Positions 50,757 to 63,007 of a DNA stretch of 64,000 nt are shown here, one piece after another. The stretch's first letter is position 1; each line of letters starts with the position of its first letter. The DNA is from an uncultured Chloroflexia bacterium (lineage in GTDB: Bacteria > Chloroflexota > Limnocylindria > Limnocylindrales > CSP1-4): assembly GCA_963721015.1 (NCBI GenBank), contig CAVRHM010000002.1, forward strand, positions 258,924 through 322,923. The letters are read 5' to 3'. Made by a program: the position numbers and the translations under genes. The notes below the pieces were generated by a model. That model searched no databases, was not told where the DNA came from, and saw only the letters and a list, made by a program, of their open reading frames with translations.

Positions 50757-51750
50757 ATGGCGAGTTACGTACTGCGGCGGATCATCCAGGCGATCCCGAT
50801 CCTCATCGGCATCTCCATCCTGATCTTCAGCATCGTCCAGCTTGCCCCCGGCAGCCCCGTCGATCGGTTCCGCGTGCCCCGTGTGCCGCCGGAGCAGATC
50901 GAGGCGCTCATCCGCCTGTATGGCCTCGACCGGCCGGTCGTGGAGCAATACACCAGCTGGATCACCGCGTTCGTCCAGGTCTGGCGGATCGACGCCTGGG
51001 GCTACAGCTTCATCGACGGTCGACCGGTCATCCAGAACATCACCGAGCGGATCCCGGCGACGCTCCTGCTGATGGGCTCCGCGCTCATCGTCACGATCAT
51101 CTTCTCGATCCCGATCGGCATCCTCGCCGCCGTCAAGCAGTACAGCTGGACGGACAAGATCATCACGACGCTCGCGACCATCGGCTACGCGATCCCGTCG
51201 TTCCTCATCGGCATCTACATCTGGTTCCTCGGCGGCGTCGTCCTGGCCGACCTGACCGGCGAGCTGTTCGGGACCCAGTTCGGGTTCCCGCTGTTCGGAC
51301 GCCAGACCCTCGGGTCGGACGGCGACCCACTGGACCTGGCCTTCCACCTCGTGCTCCCGGTGACCGCCCTGGCCATCCAGTCCATCGCCGGCTGGTCGCG
51401 CTACCTGCGGGCGTCGATGCTCGACGTCATGCGCGCAGGACTACGTCCGGACCGCCAAGGCGAAGGGCGCATCCGGCTCGCGGGTCATCGGCAAGCATGC
51501 CTTGCGCAACGCCCTGATCCCGCTCATCACGCTGATCGGCCTGTCCATCCCGGGCCTGCTCGCGGGGGCGGTCATCACCGAGTTCATCTTCAGCTACCCC
51601 GGACTCGGACAGCTGACCATCACCGCCATCTTCCAGAACGACTATCCGACGATCTACGCGACGAGCATGCTGTTCGCCGTCTTCGTGATCGCGGGCAACC
51701 TGCTGGCGGATATCCTGTACGGCGTGGTCGACCCACGCATCAAGTACTGA
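50757..51750 (+). pseudogene. Peptide ABC transporter permease (DppB/OppB type), operon 1; one frame break as sequenced
   Basis: Track ORF 50757 is good up to ...RYLRASMLDVMR. The continuation DYVRTAKAKGASGSRVIGKHALRNALIPLIT... lies in the frame of track ORF 51502..51750. The break is near 51430. Confidence 0.8.
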
Positions 51751-51760
51751 GAGGCGACCG

Positions 51761-52687
51761 ATGAGCGTCGACGTCCGACCCGTCCCCGGTTCGCTGCCCC
51801 TCCCCAATGAGATCGATGAGGTCGATCTCGTCCCGGTCCGGACCTACTGGCAGCTCGTCCGCCAGCGGTTCCTGCGCCATCGCCTGGCGGTCATCGCGGT
51901 GGTCGTGCTGGCCATCCTCATCGCCATGTCGATCGTCGTCCCGTTCGCGACCGGCGACGCCTACCAGAAGTCGAGCCTGTCGCTCATCGACGAGGGCCCC
52001 AGCCTCCAGGCGCCGCTCGGCTACAACGAGATCGGCCAGAACATCTTCCTGCGCCTGGCCAAGGCGACCCAGACATCGCTCATCGTCGGCTTCGCGGCGG
52101 TCATCCTCATCGGCCTCATCGGGGCGACCGTCGGCTCCATCGCCGGCTACTTCGGTGGCTGGGTGGACAACGGCCTGATGCGCCTGGTCGATATCGTCCT
52201 GTCGCTGCCGTACCTCATCCTCGTCCTGCTCATCGTGTCGTTCACCGGGATCCGCGACATCCGGGTCATCGTCTTCGCGCTCGCCTTCGTCGGCTGGACG
52301 ACGGCCGCCCGACTCGTCAGAGCCGAGTTCCTGCAGCTGCGCGAGACGGACTTCGTGGCCGCGGCCAAGGCCCTCGGCGCACCATCCCGACGGATCATGG
52401 TCCGCCACATGCTGCCGGGCGCCATGGCCCCGCTCGTCGTCGCCCTGTCGCTGGGCGTCGCCGACGCGATCATCGCCGAGTCGGCCCTGTCGTTCCTCGG
52501 CTTCGGCATCGCCCCGCCGGAGATCAGCCTGGGCCAGATGCTCCAGAACTACCGCGAGTACTTCTACAGCAACTCGGAGCGGATCCTCTATCCGGCCCTG
52601 GTCCTCATCGCCATCGTGCTGTCGGCCAGCTTCCTCGGCGACGGCCTGCGCGACGCCCTCGACCCGCGGCAGCGAGTCGAGAGTTGA
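51761..52687 (+). CDS. Peptide ABC transporter permease (DppC/OppC type), operon 1
   Basis: Track ORF 51761..52687, intact. EAA-loop region [22 protein letters not shown]. Confidence 0.85.
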   Translation: MSVDVRPVPGSLPLPNEIDEVDLVPVRTYWQLVRQRFLRHRLAVIAVVVLAILIAMSIVVPFATGDAYQKSSLSLIDEGPSLQAPLGYNEIGQNIFLRLAKATQTSLIVGFAAVILIGLIGATVGSIAGYFGGWVDNGLMRLVDIVLSLPYLILVLLIVSFTGIRDIRVIVFALAFVGWTTAARLVRAEFLQLRETDFVAAAKALGAPSRRIMVRHMLPGAMAPLVVALSLGVADAIIAESALSFLGFGIAPPEISLGQMLQNYREYFYSNSERILYPALVLIAIVLSASFLGDGLRDALDPRQRVES

Positions 52688-53786
52688 CCGCCGCGTCCAC
52701 GACGACCAGCCCCCCGAACCGCGAACCGTCGTCCGAGAACCTTCTCGAGATCGCCGGTCTGCGGACGCATTTCTTCACCCAGGACGGGACCATCCGGGCC
52801 GTCGACGGGGTCTAGTTCGAGATCAAGTTCGGGCAGACCCTCGGCGTCGTCGGCGAATCCGGCTGCGGCAAGAGCATCACGGCCCTGTCGACGATGCGCC
52901 TCATCGAGCGGCCGGGCAAGACGATCGCCGGCGCGATCCGCCTCGACGGGCGCGACCTCCTGACCCTGAGCAACGAGGAGATGTCCGACATCCGCGGCAA
53001 CGCGATCTCGATGATCTTCCAGGAGCCGATGACCTCGCTCAACCCGGTGTTCACCGTGCGGCGACCAGATCGCCGAGGCCGTCGCCCTCCACAACAAGGT
53101 CTCCAAGGCCGAGGCCGTGGAAGCGCGCCGTCGCCATGCTCGAGCAGGTCGGCATCGCCGACGCCGGCCGGCGAGCGAAGGCCTATCCGCACCAGCTGTC
53201 GGGCGGCATGCGCCAGCGGGTCATGATCGCGATGGCCCTCTCGACCAATCCCGAGCTGCTCATCGCGGACGAGCCGACGACGGCGCTCGACGTGACCATC
53301 CAGGCCCAGATCCTGGAGCTCATGAAGGCCCTTCGCGAGCAGAACAAGATGGCCATCATGCTCATCACCCACGACCTGGGCGTCGTGGCCGAGATGGCCG
53401 ACGAGGTCGTCGTGATGTACGCGGGCAAGGTCGTCGAGCGCGCCGACGTCGACACGATCTTCGCCGAGCCCCATCACCCGTACACCCAGGGCCTGCTGGC
53501 GTCCATCCCGCGGCTCGGCGAGAAGCGCGCCCGGCTCGAGGTCATCCAGGGCGTCGTGCCCAACCCGCTGAACCTGCCCAAGGGCTGCCTGTTCAAGCGC
53601 CGCTGCCCGTACGCCATGCCCATCTGCGACACGCCGCCGCCGCTGCGCGACGTGAGCGCGGCCGGTGCGCCCGTCGGGTCGCGTCCGCCACGTGTCCCGG
53701 TGCTGGCTGACCCCGGACGGCGGCGAGCCGGAGATCGGGCCGGAGCCCACGGCCGAGGAGGCCGAGGAAGCCGCCGCCACGGTTGA
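52684..53786 (+). pseudogene. Peptide ABC transporter ATP-binding protein (DppD/OppD type), operon 1; in-frame TAG plus frame breaks as sequenced
   Basis: TTG 52684 overlaps the permease stop. [27 protein letters not shown](52813-52815)[20 protein letters not shown]. Breaks near 53060 and 53110, then [12 protein letters not shown] and [11 protein letters not shown]. The C-terminal HVSRCWL segment is in the frame of the next gene, so the 3' end is uncertain. Confidence 0.75.
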
Positions 53787-53793
53787 CCGTCGA

Positions 53794-55039
53794 ATGAGCG
53801 AAGGAGCGATGCCCCAGGTGGACACGGTGGAGACGGTCGACACCACGGCGCGCGCCGCCACCGTCGACCGGGCGGCCTCCGGCGCCACCGGCGACGTCCT
53901 GGTCAAGGTCGAGGACGTCGTCAAGCACTTCGAGATCCGCGGCGGCGTGCTGGGCGTGACCAAGATCGGCGCGGTCCGGGCGGTCGACGGCGTGAGCTTC
54001 GAGGTCCGGCGCGGCGAGACCCTGGGCCTCGTCGGCGAGTCCGGCTGTGGCAAGACGACGCTCGGCAAGGTCATCCTGCGGCTCATCGAGCCGACGTCCG
54101 GCAAGGTCACCTTCAAGGGCGCGACGATCTTCGACGTCCCGGCCGAGGGCGACAAGTCGCACAAGGCGTTCCGGGCCTCGAGCATCCGCATGAAGAAGGT
54201 CCGGCGCGACATGCAGGTCGTGTTCCAGGACCCGTACGCGAGCCTGAACCCGCGGATGTCCGTCGGCGAGATCATCGGCGAGGGCCCGCTCGTCCACGGC
54301 CTGACCGACACGGCCAAGCGCGAGGCCCTCGTCCGCGAGCTGCTCGGCAAGGTCGGCCTCAACCAGAGCCACATCCACCGCTACCCGCACGAGTTCAGCG
54401 GCGGCCAGCGCCAGCGCATCGGCATCGCCCGGGCGCTCGCCCTGAACCCGGACTTCATGGTCTGCGACGAGCCCGTGTCCGCCCTGGACGTGTCGATCCA
54501 GAGCCAGGTCCTCAACCTGCTCGACGACCTCCAGAAGGAATTCGGGCTGACCTACCTGTTCATCGCCCACAACCTCGCGGTCGTCGAGCACATCAGCGAC
54601 CGGGTCGGGGTCATGTACCTCGGCAAGATGGTCGAGATGGCCGACGTCGACGAGCTGTACCGCGATCCGCGCCACCCGTACACGGTGGCCCTGCTGTCAG
54701 CGATCCCGAGCCCGAACCCGCGGATCAAGAAGAAGCGGCTCGTGCTCAAGGGCGACATCCCGTCGCCGGCCGCGCCACCGTCGGGCTGCCGGTTCCATAC
54801 CCGCTGCTGGCTGCGCGAGCGCCTGGGCAACCCGGAGCGCTGCGCGACCGAGGAGCCGGTGTTCCGCCCGTTCCGCAAGGACCACCTGGTCGCCTGCCAC
54901 TACGCCGAGGAGATGAACACCGTCGGCGGCGAGGTCAAGGCGGCCATCGGCCTGGACATCAGCGAGCCGGGCGCCGAGAACATCCCGTCGGCCAGCGAAG
55001 CCGGCCATCCACGACCCGTCGGACGTCGCCCCGATCTGA
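53794..55039 (+). CDS. Peptide ABC transporter ATP-binding protein (DppF/OppF type), operon 1
   Basis: ATG 53794 (or 53809) within track ORF 53665..55179. [42 protein letters not shown]. As sequenced the frame runs to 55179 with an R/P/G-rich tail. A 1-nt shift near 55005 would give ...DPSDVAPI + TGA at 55037-55039. Confidence 0.75.
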
Positions 55040-55083
55040 TCGGCCGCGGCCGCCGATCGGCCGGGCCGACCCGTGACGGCCCG
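55038..55083. terminator. Two short GC-rich hairpins in the gap between the convergent operons
   Basis: GATCGGC-(7 nt)-GCCGATC at 55038-55058 and CGGGCCG-(8 nt)-CGGCCCG at 55062-55083. They lie between convergent 3' ends. Confidence 0.3.
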
Positions 55084-55109
55084 CGCGGCCCGCCGCGTCC
55101 CCGACCCGG

Positions 55110-55514
55110 TCAGCTCCCGATCTTGTCGATCTGGACGGACCAGGTCGTGCAGGCCGGGTCGATCTGGGCGATCGTGTAGGTGTCCTCGGGCACGTCCGAG
55201 ACGATGGCGCTGAACTTCTTCTGGAGCGTCTTCTTGTCGTAGACGAAGCCCTGCGTCGCGCCGGTCATCGTGAAGTTGACGCTCGGGCACTCCGTGGCGT
55301 CCCAGCCGAACTTGTAGCGCCCGGGCTGCAGGATGGAACGGGGTCGTCGGCGTCGGCCGAGGTGACCGTGATCTGCTCCTGGGCCGGCCGCGCGCTCGCG
55401 TCTGCGCCGCCACCGCCGTCGCCACCATCCCCGCCGCCGCAGGCGGCCAGGAGCAGGGTCACGGGCGGCCAGCCCGGTGAGGGCTCGTCCGCTGCGTGGG
55501 GTTCGCTTGGCCAT
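55110..55514 (-). pseudogene. Small secreted lipoprotein of unknown function, two frame breaks as sequenced
   Basis: RBS-like AAAGGGA with ATG at 55514. [17 protein letters not shown]... then (second frame, track ORF 55265..55462) [14 protein letters not shown]..., then (first frame again) [69 protein letters not shown] recognise no family. Confidence 0.45.
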
Positions 55515-55573
55515 CGGGGTTCCCTTTCGTCGCAGGCACGGGGGTTCCAGGTGGGTGGATCGGGGTCGGTCGG

Positions 55574-56721
55574 TCAGTCGGGGCGTGGTGGTCCGGCGTC
55601 GGACATGACGGGCGACGCCGCTGGAGCCGTCGAGGCGGTCCCAGCGGACGGCCCACGGAAGTGGCAGGCTGGCCAGGTGTTCGTCGCCCAGGTCGATGAG
55701 CGGCGGGACGCTCTCGGCGCAGATGGCCGGATCACCCAGCTCCTTGCGCAGCGGGCAGCGCGGATGGAAGCGGCAGCCGGTCGGCGGGTTGACCGGGCTG
55801 GGCACGTCGCCGGTCAGGATGACCCGCTGGCGGCGCTGCTCCGGGTCTGGCACCGGGATGGCCGACATGAGCGCCGAGGTGTACGGATGCTCCTGCTTGG
55901 CGAACAGGTCTCGCCGGTCGGCCAGCTCCGCGATGCGCCCCAGGTACATGACCGCGACCCGGTCGCTGATGTGCTCGACGACGCCCATGTTGTGGGCGAC
56001 GAAGACGTAGGTCAGGCCGAGCTCGCGCTGCAGGTTACGGAGGAGATTGAGGACCTGGGCCTGGATCGACACGTCGAGGGCCGAGACCGGCTCGTCGCAG
56101 ACGACCAGGTCCGGCTCCAGGACCAGCGCCCGCGCGATGCCGATGCGCTGGCGCTGGCCGCCGCTGAACTCGTGCGGATAGCGCCGCGCGTGGTAGTGCT
56201 GGAGGCCGACCATGTCCATCATCCGCTCGACCTTGGCCCGGCGCTCCGCGTCGCGTGCCCAGCCCGTGGATGCGCAGCCCCTCGCCGATGCTGTCGCCGA
56301 CCGGCTGGCGTGGGTCCAGGCTGGCGTACGGGTCCTGGAAGATGATCTGCATCCGGCGTCGGAACGGCTTGAGGTCCGCGCCCTTGACCGCGGTGATGTC
56401 GGTGCCGTCGAAGATGACCGTGCCGGAGGTCGGCTCGATGAGTCGGAGCAGGAGCCGGCCGACGGTCGTCTTGCCGCAGCCGGACTCGCCGACGAGGCCC
56501 AGGGTCTCGCCGCGCCGGATGTCGAAGCTCACGCCGTCGACGGCCTGGACGATGCCCGATGGTCCGCTGCAGGACCCCGCCGCGCACGACGAAGTGCTTG
56601 ACCAGGTCGCGGACCTCGACGAGCGGCCGGGCCGGCGCGGCCGGTGCGACCGACGGACCGGTGGCGGTCCCCGCCGCGACCGGTGGCGACGCGGCCGGCG
56701 GCACGGAGCCGGGCGCCGCGG

Positions 56722-56725
<4 letters not shown>
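55574..56725 (-). pseudogene. Peptide ABC transporter ATP-binding protein (DppF/OppF type), operon 2; frame breaks as sequenced
   Basis: GTG 56725 overlaps the upstream stop. [11 protein letters not shown] is in the track ORF 56219 frame, [21 protein letters not shown] in 56035..56532, and [35 protein letters not shown] in 55110..56222. The inferred end ...ACHFRG... reaches TGA at 55574-55576. Confidence 0.75.
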
Positions 56726-57854
<1,129 letters not shown>

Positions 57855-57858
<4 letters not shown>

Positions 57859-58823
57859 CGGTTGAGCCTCGGATCCAGCGCGTCACGGATCCCGTCGCCG
57901 ATGAGGTTGAAGGCCAGCACGCTCAGGGTGATGGCGATGCCGGGGAACAGGATGAGGTGCGGCGACGAGAAGAACAGGTTCCGATCGCCAGCGATCATCG
58001 AGCCCCACTCGGCGGTCGGCGGCTGCGCGCCGAGGCCGACGAACGACAGCGCCGCGACCTCCAGGATGGCCCCGCCGATGCCGAGCGTGCCGGCCACGAT
58101 GAGCGGAGTCATCGCGTTGGGCAGGATGCGCCGCCACAACGTCCCGAGCGATGACTCGCCGAGGGCGCGGGAGGCGGTCACGAAGTCCGCCTCGCGAACG
58201 GACAGGACGGACGCGCGCATGACCCGGGCATAGATCGGGATCGACACGATGGCGATGGCCAGCATGGCGTTGACCAGGCCGGTCCCGAGGACGGTCACGA
58301 TGGCGATGGCCAGGATGAGGCTCGGGAAGGACAGGACGACGTCCATGATGCGCATCAGCAGGTTGTCCGTCGTCCCGCTGAAGAACCCGGCCACGGCTCC
58401 GATGGCCGTGCCGATGACGATCGCCAGGGCGACCGTCACGAAGCCGATCAGGAGCGAGAAACGCGAGCCGTAGATGACCCGGCTGAACGTGTCGCGCAGG
58501 TTCGAGTCGAGGCCCATGAGGTGCTGGCGCTGGTCCTCGGGGCAGCCCAGGATGTGGATGCACGGGGGCGAGCCGCGCACGCCCGGGTCGTCGACCCCCA
58601 TATCGAGCATCGACACGTTCGGCTCGTACGGCGCGATGAGCGGCGCGGCCAGCGCGACGAAGAACAGGAAGCCCAGGATGGCGAAGCCGATGATCGCCGA
58701 GCGCTGGCGGAAGATGTTCCGGATCGTGTCGCGCCGGAGCGAGGTCGCCTTCGGTGGTGTCGCCCGGACCTCCGCGTCCTGGACGTGGGGGAGCAGGCCG
58801 GGCTCCTGGATGAGCCCGCTCAT
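57855..58823 (-). CDS. Peptide ABC transporter permease (DppC/OppC type), operon 2
   Basis: ATG 58823 (ATGA overlap with the upstream permease stop). This is the C-terminal 322 codons of track ORF 57855..59795. EAA-loop FVTASRALGESSLGTLWRRILP. Confidence 0.85.
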
Positions 58824-59896
58824 GACAGGCGGATCCGCGGATCGAGCATCGCGTACGACACGTCGACGACGAGGTTGACCAGCAGGTAGGCCACGGCCAC
58901 GACCAGGGTGACGCCCTGGATGACGATGTAGTCGCGGCCCTCGATGGCCTCGAAGATCGTCTTGCCCATGCCGGTCAGGTTGAAGATCGTCTCGGTCAGG
59001 ATCGCCCCGGACAGGAGCGCGCCGAGTGACAGGCCGACGACCGTGACGACCGGCAGCAGGGCATTGCGCATGCCATGGCGGATGACGACGGTCCGTTCCT
59101 TGACGCCCTTGGCCCGGGCGGTCCGCACGAAGTCGAGCCCCAGGACCTCGAGCAGGCTGGACCGGGTCATCCGGGCGATGATCGCCAGCGGGATCGTGCC
59201 GACGGCGATGGCCGGCAGGATGAGATGGCGGAACGTGTCGACCGCCTTGTCCCACTGGAGCGTCAGCAGTGAGTTGATGATGAACATGTTCGACACGAAG
59301 TCGAGGATCGTCCGCGGCGCCCCTTCCAGGCTCTCCAGGCCCCAGGCGACGGCCAGCGGGGTGATGCTGACGCCGGCGGACAGGCGCCCGGATGGGGGCA
59401 GCGCGAACGGGGTGTCCTTGAGGAGCACGGCGAACACGAAGGCCAGGAACAGGCCGAGGACGAAGACCGGGATGGACACCCCCAGGTTGGCGAAGATCAT
59501 CGTGCCGACGTCGGTCGGGGAGTTGCGCTTGATGGCCGACAGGAGGCCGAGGGTCACGCCGCCGACGGTCGCGAAGACCATCGCGAGCAGGGTCAGCTCC
59601 AGGGTCGTGGGCAAGCGCTCGATGAGGATGTCCGTCACAGGCCGGCCGAACCGGATGGAGTTGCCGAGGTCGCCCTGGACGAGCGCGCCGAGGTAGATGA
59701 GGAATTGCTCCGGGATCGGCCGGTCGAGGCCGTAGCGGATCTCGAACTGGGCGCACAACTCCGGCGTCGCCTTCTCCCCGTAGGTAGCCGTGCACGGATC
59801 ACCCGGGATGACCCGGGCCAGCACGAAGACGAGGAGCACGATCCCGAGCAGGACCGGGATGCTGAGGAGCAGGCGGCGGATGATGAATTGCGTCAT
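58820..59896 (-). CDS. Peptide ABC transporter permease (DppB/OppB type), operon 2
   Basis: Track ORF 58820..59896, intact. MTQFIIRRLLLSIPVLLGI and FVRTARAKGVKERTVVIRHGMRNALLPVVT. Confidence 0.88.
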   Translation of the reverse strand: MTQFIIRRLLLSIPVLLGIVLLVFVLARVIPGDPCTATYGEKATPELCAQFEIRYGLDRPIPEQFLIYLGALVQGDLGNSIRFGRPVTDILIERLPTTLELTLLAMVFATVGGVTLGLLSAIKRNSPTDVGTMIFANLGVSIPVFVLGLFLAFVFAVLLKDTPFALPPSGRLSAGVSITPLAVAWGLESLEGAPRTILDFVSNMFIINSLLTLQWDKAVDTFRHLILPAIAVGTIPLAIIARMTRSSLLEVLGLDFVRTARAKGVKERTVVIRHGMRNALLPVVTVVGLSLGALLSGAILTETIFNLTGMGKTIFEAIEGRDYIVIQGVTLVVAVAYLLVNLVVDVSYAMLDPRIRLS

Positions 59897-59950
59897 CCGG
59901 TGACTTCGCCTCTCGAGGTCGGGGACCGGCGAGCCGGTCGATCAGGGATG

Positions 59951-59985
59951 CGCGAAGGGCGCCGCCGGTGGCGGCGCCCTTCGCG
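59951..59985 (-). terminator. 16-bp perfect stem-loop between binding-protein and permease genes of operon 2
   Basis: CGCGAAGGGCGCCGCC-GGT-GGCGGCGCCCTTCGCG, in the 107-nt gap between the SBP stop (60004) and the permease start (59896). Same placement as the hairpin in operon 1. Confidence 0.45.
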
Positions 59986-60003
59986 GGTCGTGACGGGGGT
60001 GGA

Positions 60004-61788
60004 CTAGCCTTCCGGAGCCGGCGGCGGCGGGTTCAGGAACCCACCGAACAGGCCCGGGAAGTAGGTGAACGAGCCGTCGCGGCCCTTGTGCAGCGGATGA
60101 TCGGCATCCCACTGCACGGCGTAGGACAGGACGACGTCGTTCGCGTCGAACGCCGCACCGTCGTGGTACGTGACGCCCTGGCGGAGCGTGCAGGTCCACG
60201 TGGTCAGCTCGGCGTTCGGCTCGCAGACCTCGGCCAGGGCCGGCTCGGCGGCCGTGCCGGCGATCTCGTAGGCGTAGAGCGCCTCCGTCATCTGCTCGCA
60301 GACCCGGAGGGCCTCACCGTCCGACTCGTCGGCGCAGTACAGGCCGGGCGGCTCGGCGCCCTGCATGAACACGAACTGGGTGCGGTCACCCGGCGTCATC
60401 GAGGCGAAGTGCTCGTTGCCGAGGGGTGAGCTGTGGGCGTCGACGACATCGGCCCGGTAGGCCGTGGCCGACGACTGATGCCAGATCGGGACCATCGGGA
60501 TGTTGGCCTTGATGGCGTTGTTCGCCTCAAGGTAGGACGGCGCACGGCTGGCGTCATCGAGGCCGACGGCGCCCTGCGCCAGCGGTCCGGTGATGTCGTC
60601 GTACTTGTCGCCGAACTGCGCCGACGAACCCGACCCGAAGTGGTAGTCGAGGAAGTTGGTGATGTCCGGATAGTCGGCGCCCCATCCGAGGATGTGGATG
60701 CCGTCGAGCTTGCCCTGATCGGCGTTGTCGATGAAGGTGCCCGACTCCTGGACCTCGATCGTCGCGTCGATGTTCAGGTTCTGCTTGAGCTGGGCCTGCA
60801 GGTCCTGGGCGATGACGTTCTGATCGTTGACGTAGCCACGCGACACGTCGCGGTACTGGATCTTGGTCGCGAAGCCATCCGGGAAGCCGGCCTCGGTCAG
60901 GAGCTGCTTGGCAGCGGCCGGATCGAAGTCATACCACGCGTCGCCCTCGCAACCGTTCGGGATGGAGCACGGCGTGAAGTGGGTGGCGATCTCGGAGCCC
61001 GGCGCCGCGAAGTTGTCGAGCAACCGCTGGCGGTCGATGCCGAGCGCGATGGCCTGGCGGACCTTGGGGTCGTCGAACGGCGCGAACTTGTTGTTGAACC
61101 CGAAGTACATGACGTTCAGCCCTTCGCGGGGCTGGATCTGCAGATCCGGGTTGGCCTCGACCGTCGGGAAGTCCGTGTTGCCGACGTTGTCGATGCCATC
61201 GACGGTGCCGGCCTGGAGCTCGACGAGGCGCTGTGCGCCCTCCGTGCCCCAGCGCATGATCATCTTCTCGGTCTTGGCCTTGTCGCCCCAGTAGGCGTCG
61301 TTGCGGGCCATCGTGATGTCCGAACCGCGGTTCCAGGCCTCCAGCTTGTAGGGGCCGGTGCCGTTGACCTCGGACACGATCGCCTGGTTCGTCGACCCGG
61401 CCGGGTCGACCTTCGACTCCAGCCACGCCGTGTCATTGATCGCGAACGAGGTGAACGCGATCTTGGACAGGAAGGCGACGTCGGGGTTGCACAGCTCGAA
61501 GACCACGGTCCCCGCGTCGGTCGCGCTGATCTTCTTGAAGTTGCCCTTGTACGAGTCGTGGGTGGCGTCAGGCGGCGCGGCTTCCGCGCAAGGCGCCTCG
61601 CCGGTCTCCGGATAGACCAGGGCCGTGAACGGCGCGGTGCTCTCCGGTGCGGCGCTTTGGGGCGCCGTGCTCCCGCCAGCCTGGGACGGCGCCGCCGATG
61701 GCTGCGCGCCGCTACAAGCCGCGAAGATGATCGCTGCCGTCGCGGCCAAGGCCGCGAGGCGTGGCGACCACTTGCGTGATCGGGTCAT
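60004..61788 (-). CDS. ABC transporter substrate-binding lipoprotein, family 5 (peptide type), operon 2
   Basis: ATG 61788, 8 nt after GGAGGAG, inside track ORF 60004..61932. Lipoprotein signal AATAAIIFAAC. Intact. Confidence 0.85.
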   Translation of the reverse strand: MTRSRKWSPRLAALAATAAIIFAACSGAQPSAAPSQAGGSTAPQSAAPESTAPFTALVYPETGEAPCAEAAPPDATHDSYKGNFKKISATDAGTVVFELCNPDVAFLSKIAFTSFAINDTAWLESKVDPAGSTNQAIVSEVNGTGPYKLEAWNRGSDITMARNDAYWGDKAKTEKMIMRWGTEGAQRLVELQAGTVDGIDNVGNTDFPTVEANPDLQIQPREGLNVMYFGFNNKFAPFDDPKVRQAIALGIDRQRLLDNFAAPGSEIATHFTPCSIPNGCEGDAWYDFDPAAAKQLLTEAGFPDGFATKIQYRDVSRGYVNDQNVIAQDLQAQLKQNLNIDATIEVQESGTFIDNADQGKLDGIHILGWGADYPDITNFLDYHFGSGSSAQFGDKYDDITGPLAQGAVGLDDASRAPSYLEANNAIKANIPMVPIWHQSSATAYRADVVDAHSSPLGNEHFASMTPGDRTQFVFMQGAEPPGLYCADESDGEALRVCEQMTEALYAYEIAGTAAEPALAEVCEPNAELTTWTCTLRQGVTYHDGAAFDANDVVLSYAVQWDADHPLHKGRDGSFTYFPGLFGGFLNPPPPAPEG

Positions 61789-61955
61789 GCTCTGGACTCC
61801 TCCTCTGAGCCCCGCTCCCGGACCGTCTAGCCTCCCTGTCCGGAACGTGCGAGGCGTGGCGCGATCCGCGCGCCATCGACTCCCGATGCGCGCGGGTGCC
61901 GGGAAGATAGCACTGGCGCGGGTCTGCGTCACGCATCCTCGCGTATGCTCCGCCC

Positions 61956-63007
61956 ATGGACACGGTCCGTGTGGCGCTCGCTCAGATCGCTCCGGTGCTC
62001 GGCGGCCTCGCGGCCAACCTGACCCGGCACCACGAGCTCATCACTGCGGCGCGGGCCCAGGGCGCCCACTTGGTCGTCTTCCCGGAGCTCGGCCTGACCG
62101 GCTACCAGCTCCAGGATCTGGCGTCCGAGGTGGCGCTCCGCCTGGACGATCCGCGCCTGGCCGATCTGGCGGCCACGACCGAGGATCTGTCGGTCGTCGT
62201 CTCGTTCGTCGAGGAATCGGCCGATCATCGGCTGTTCATCGCGGCCGCGCTGCTCGAGGACGGCGAGATCCGGCACGTCCACCGCAAGCTCTATCTGCCG
62301 ACCTACGGGCTGTTCGACGAGCGGCGCTTCTTCGCCCCCGGCGACATGCTCCGGGCCGCGCCGTCACGACTCGGGGTCGGGGTCGGGATCGGGGTCTGCG
62401 AGGACTTCTGGCACCTGTCCGTGCCCCAGCTGCTGGCCCTCGACGGGGCGCAGATCCTCATCAACGTCTCGTCGTCGCCCGGGCGCGACCTGGCGGCCAC
62501 GAACGAGGTCGGCCTGGGCACCGCGACCTCGTGGCGGACGCTCATGCGCACGTACGCCCAGCTGACGACCTCGTTCGTCGTGTTCTGCAACCGAGTCGGC
62601 GTCGACGAATCGATCTCGTTCTGGGGCGGCTCCGAGGTCATCGCCCCGACCGGCGCCGCGCTGTTCAGCGCACCCCTCTACGACGAGGGGCTGTTCACCG
62701 TCGACATCGCCCCGGCCGACATCCGGCGCGAGCGGATCGCGCTGCCGCTCCTCCGCGATGAGCGGCCCGAGTTGCACATCCGCGAGCTGACCCGGATCCT
62801 CGACGAGCGAGCCGGCCTGTCCCGCAATTCGACGGCCGACGCTGGAGCCGAGCCCGGGCTGGATGTCGCTCCCGGCGACCGCACGCCCCGGCCGATCGGC
62901 TTCCGTGGCGACCCTTGCGTGATCGGGTCGCGGGGGATGCCCGCGAGGCGGACGAGGTGGCGGACGAGACCGACGACGACGCGCGGACCGAGGTCGCCGG
63001 CGGATGA
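61956..63007 (+). CDS. Carbon-nitrogen hydrolase (nitrilase-superfamily) glutaminase module of glutamine-dependent NAD+ synthetase; 3' end frame uncertain
   Basis: Track ORF 61956..63413: VALAQIAP, VVFPELGLTGY, HRKLYLP, GVCEDFWH (catalytic Cys region). After about 62850 that frame becomes R-rich. An alternative frame gives an acidic tail ...DETDDDARTEVAGG ending in a TGA that shares ATGA with the nadE start at 63004. Confidence 0.65.

Noticed and set aside
53665-55179. Apparent DppD-DppF fusion (no stop between the HVSRCWL tail of the first ATPase and the second ATPase).
   Set aside because: The region lies in an indel-rich block. Stops exist in the two other frames at 53784-53786 and 53795-53797, the latter forming ATGA with the next start. 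A fusion is therefore probably an artefact.
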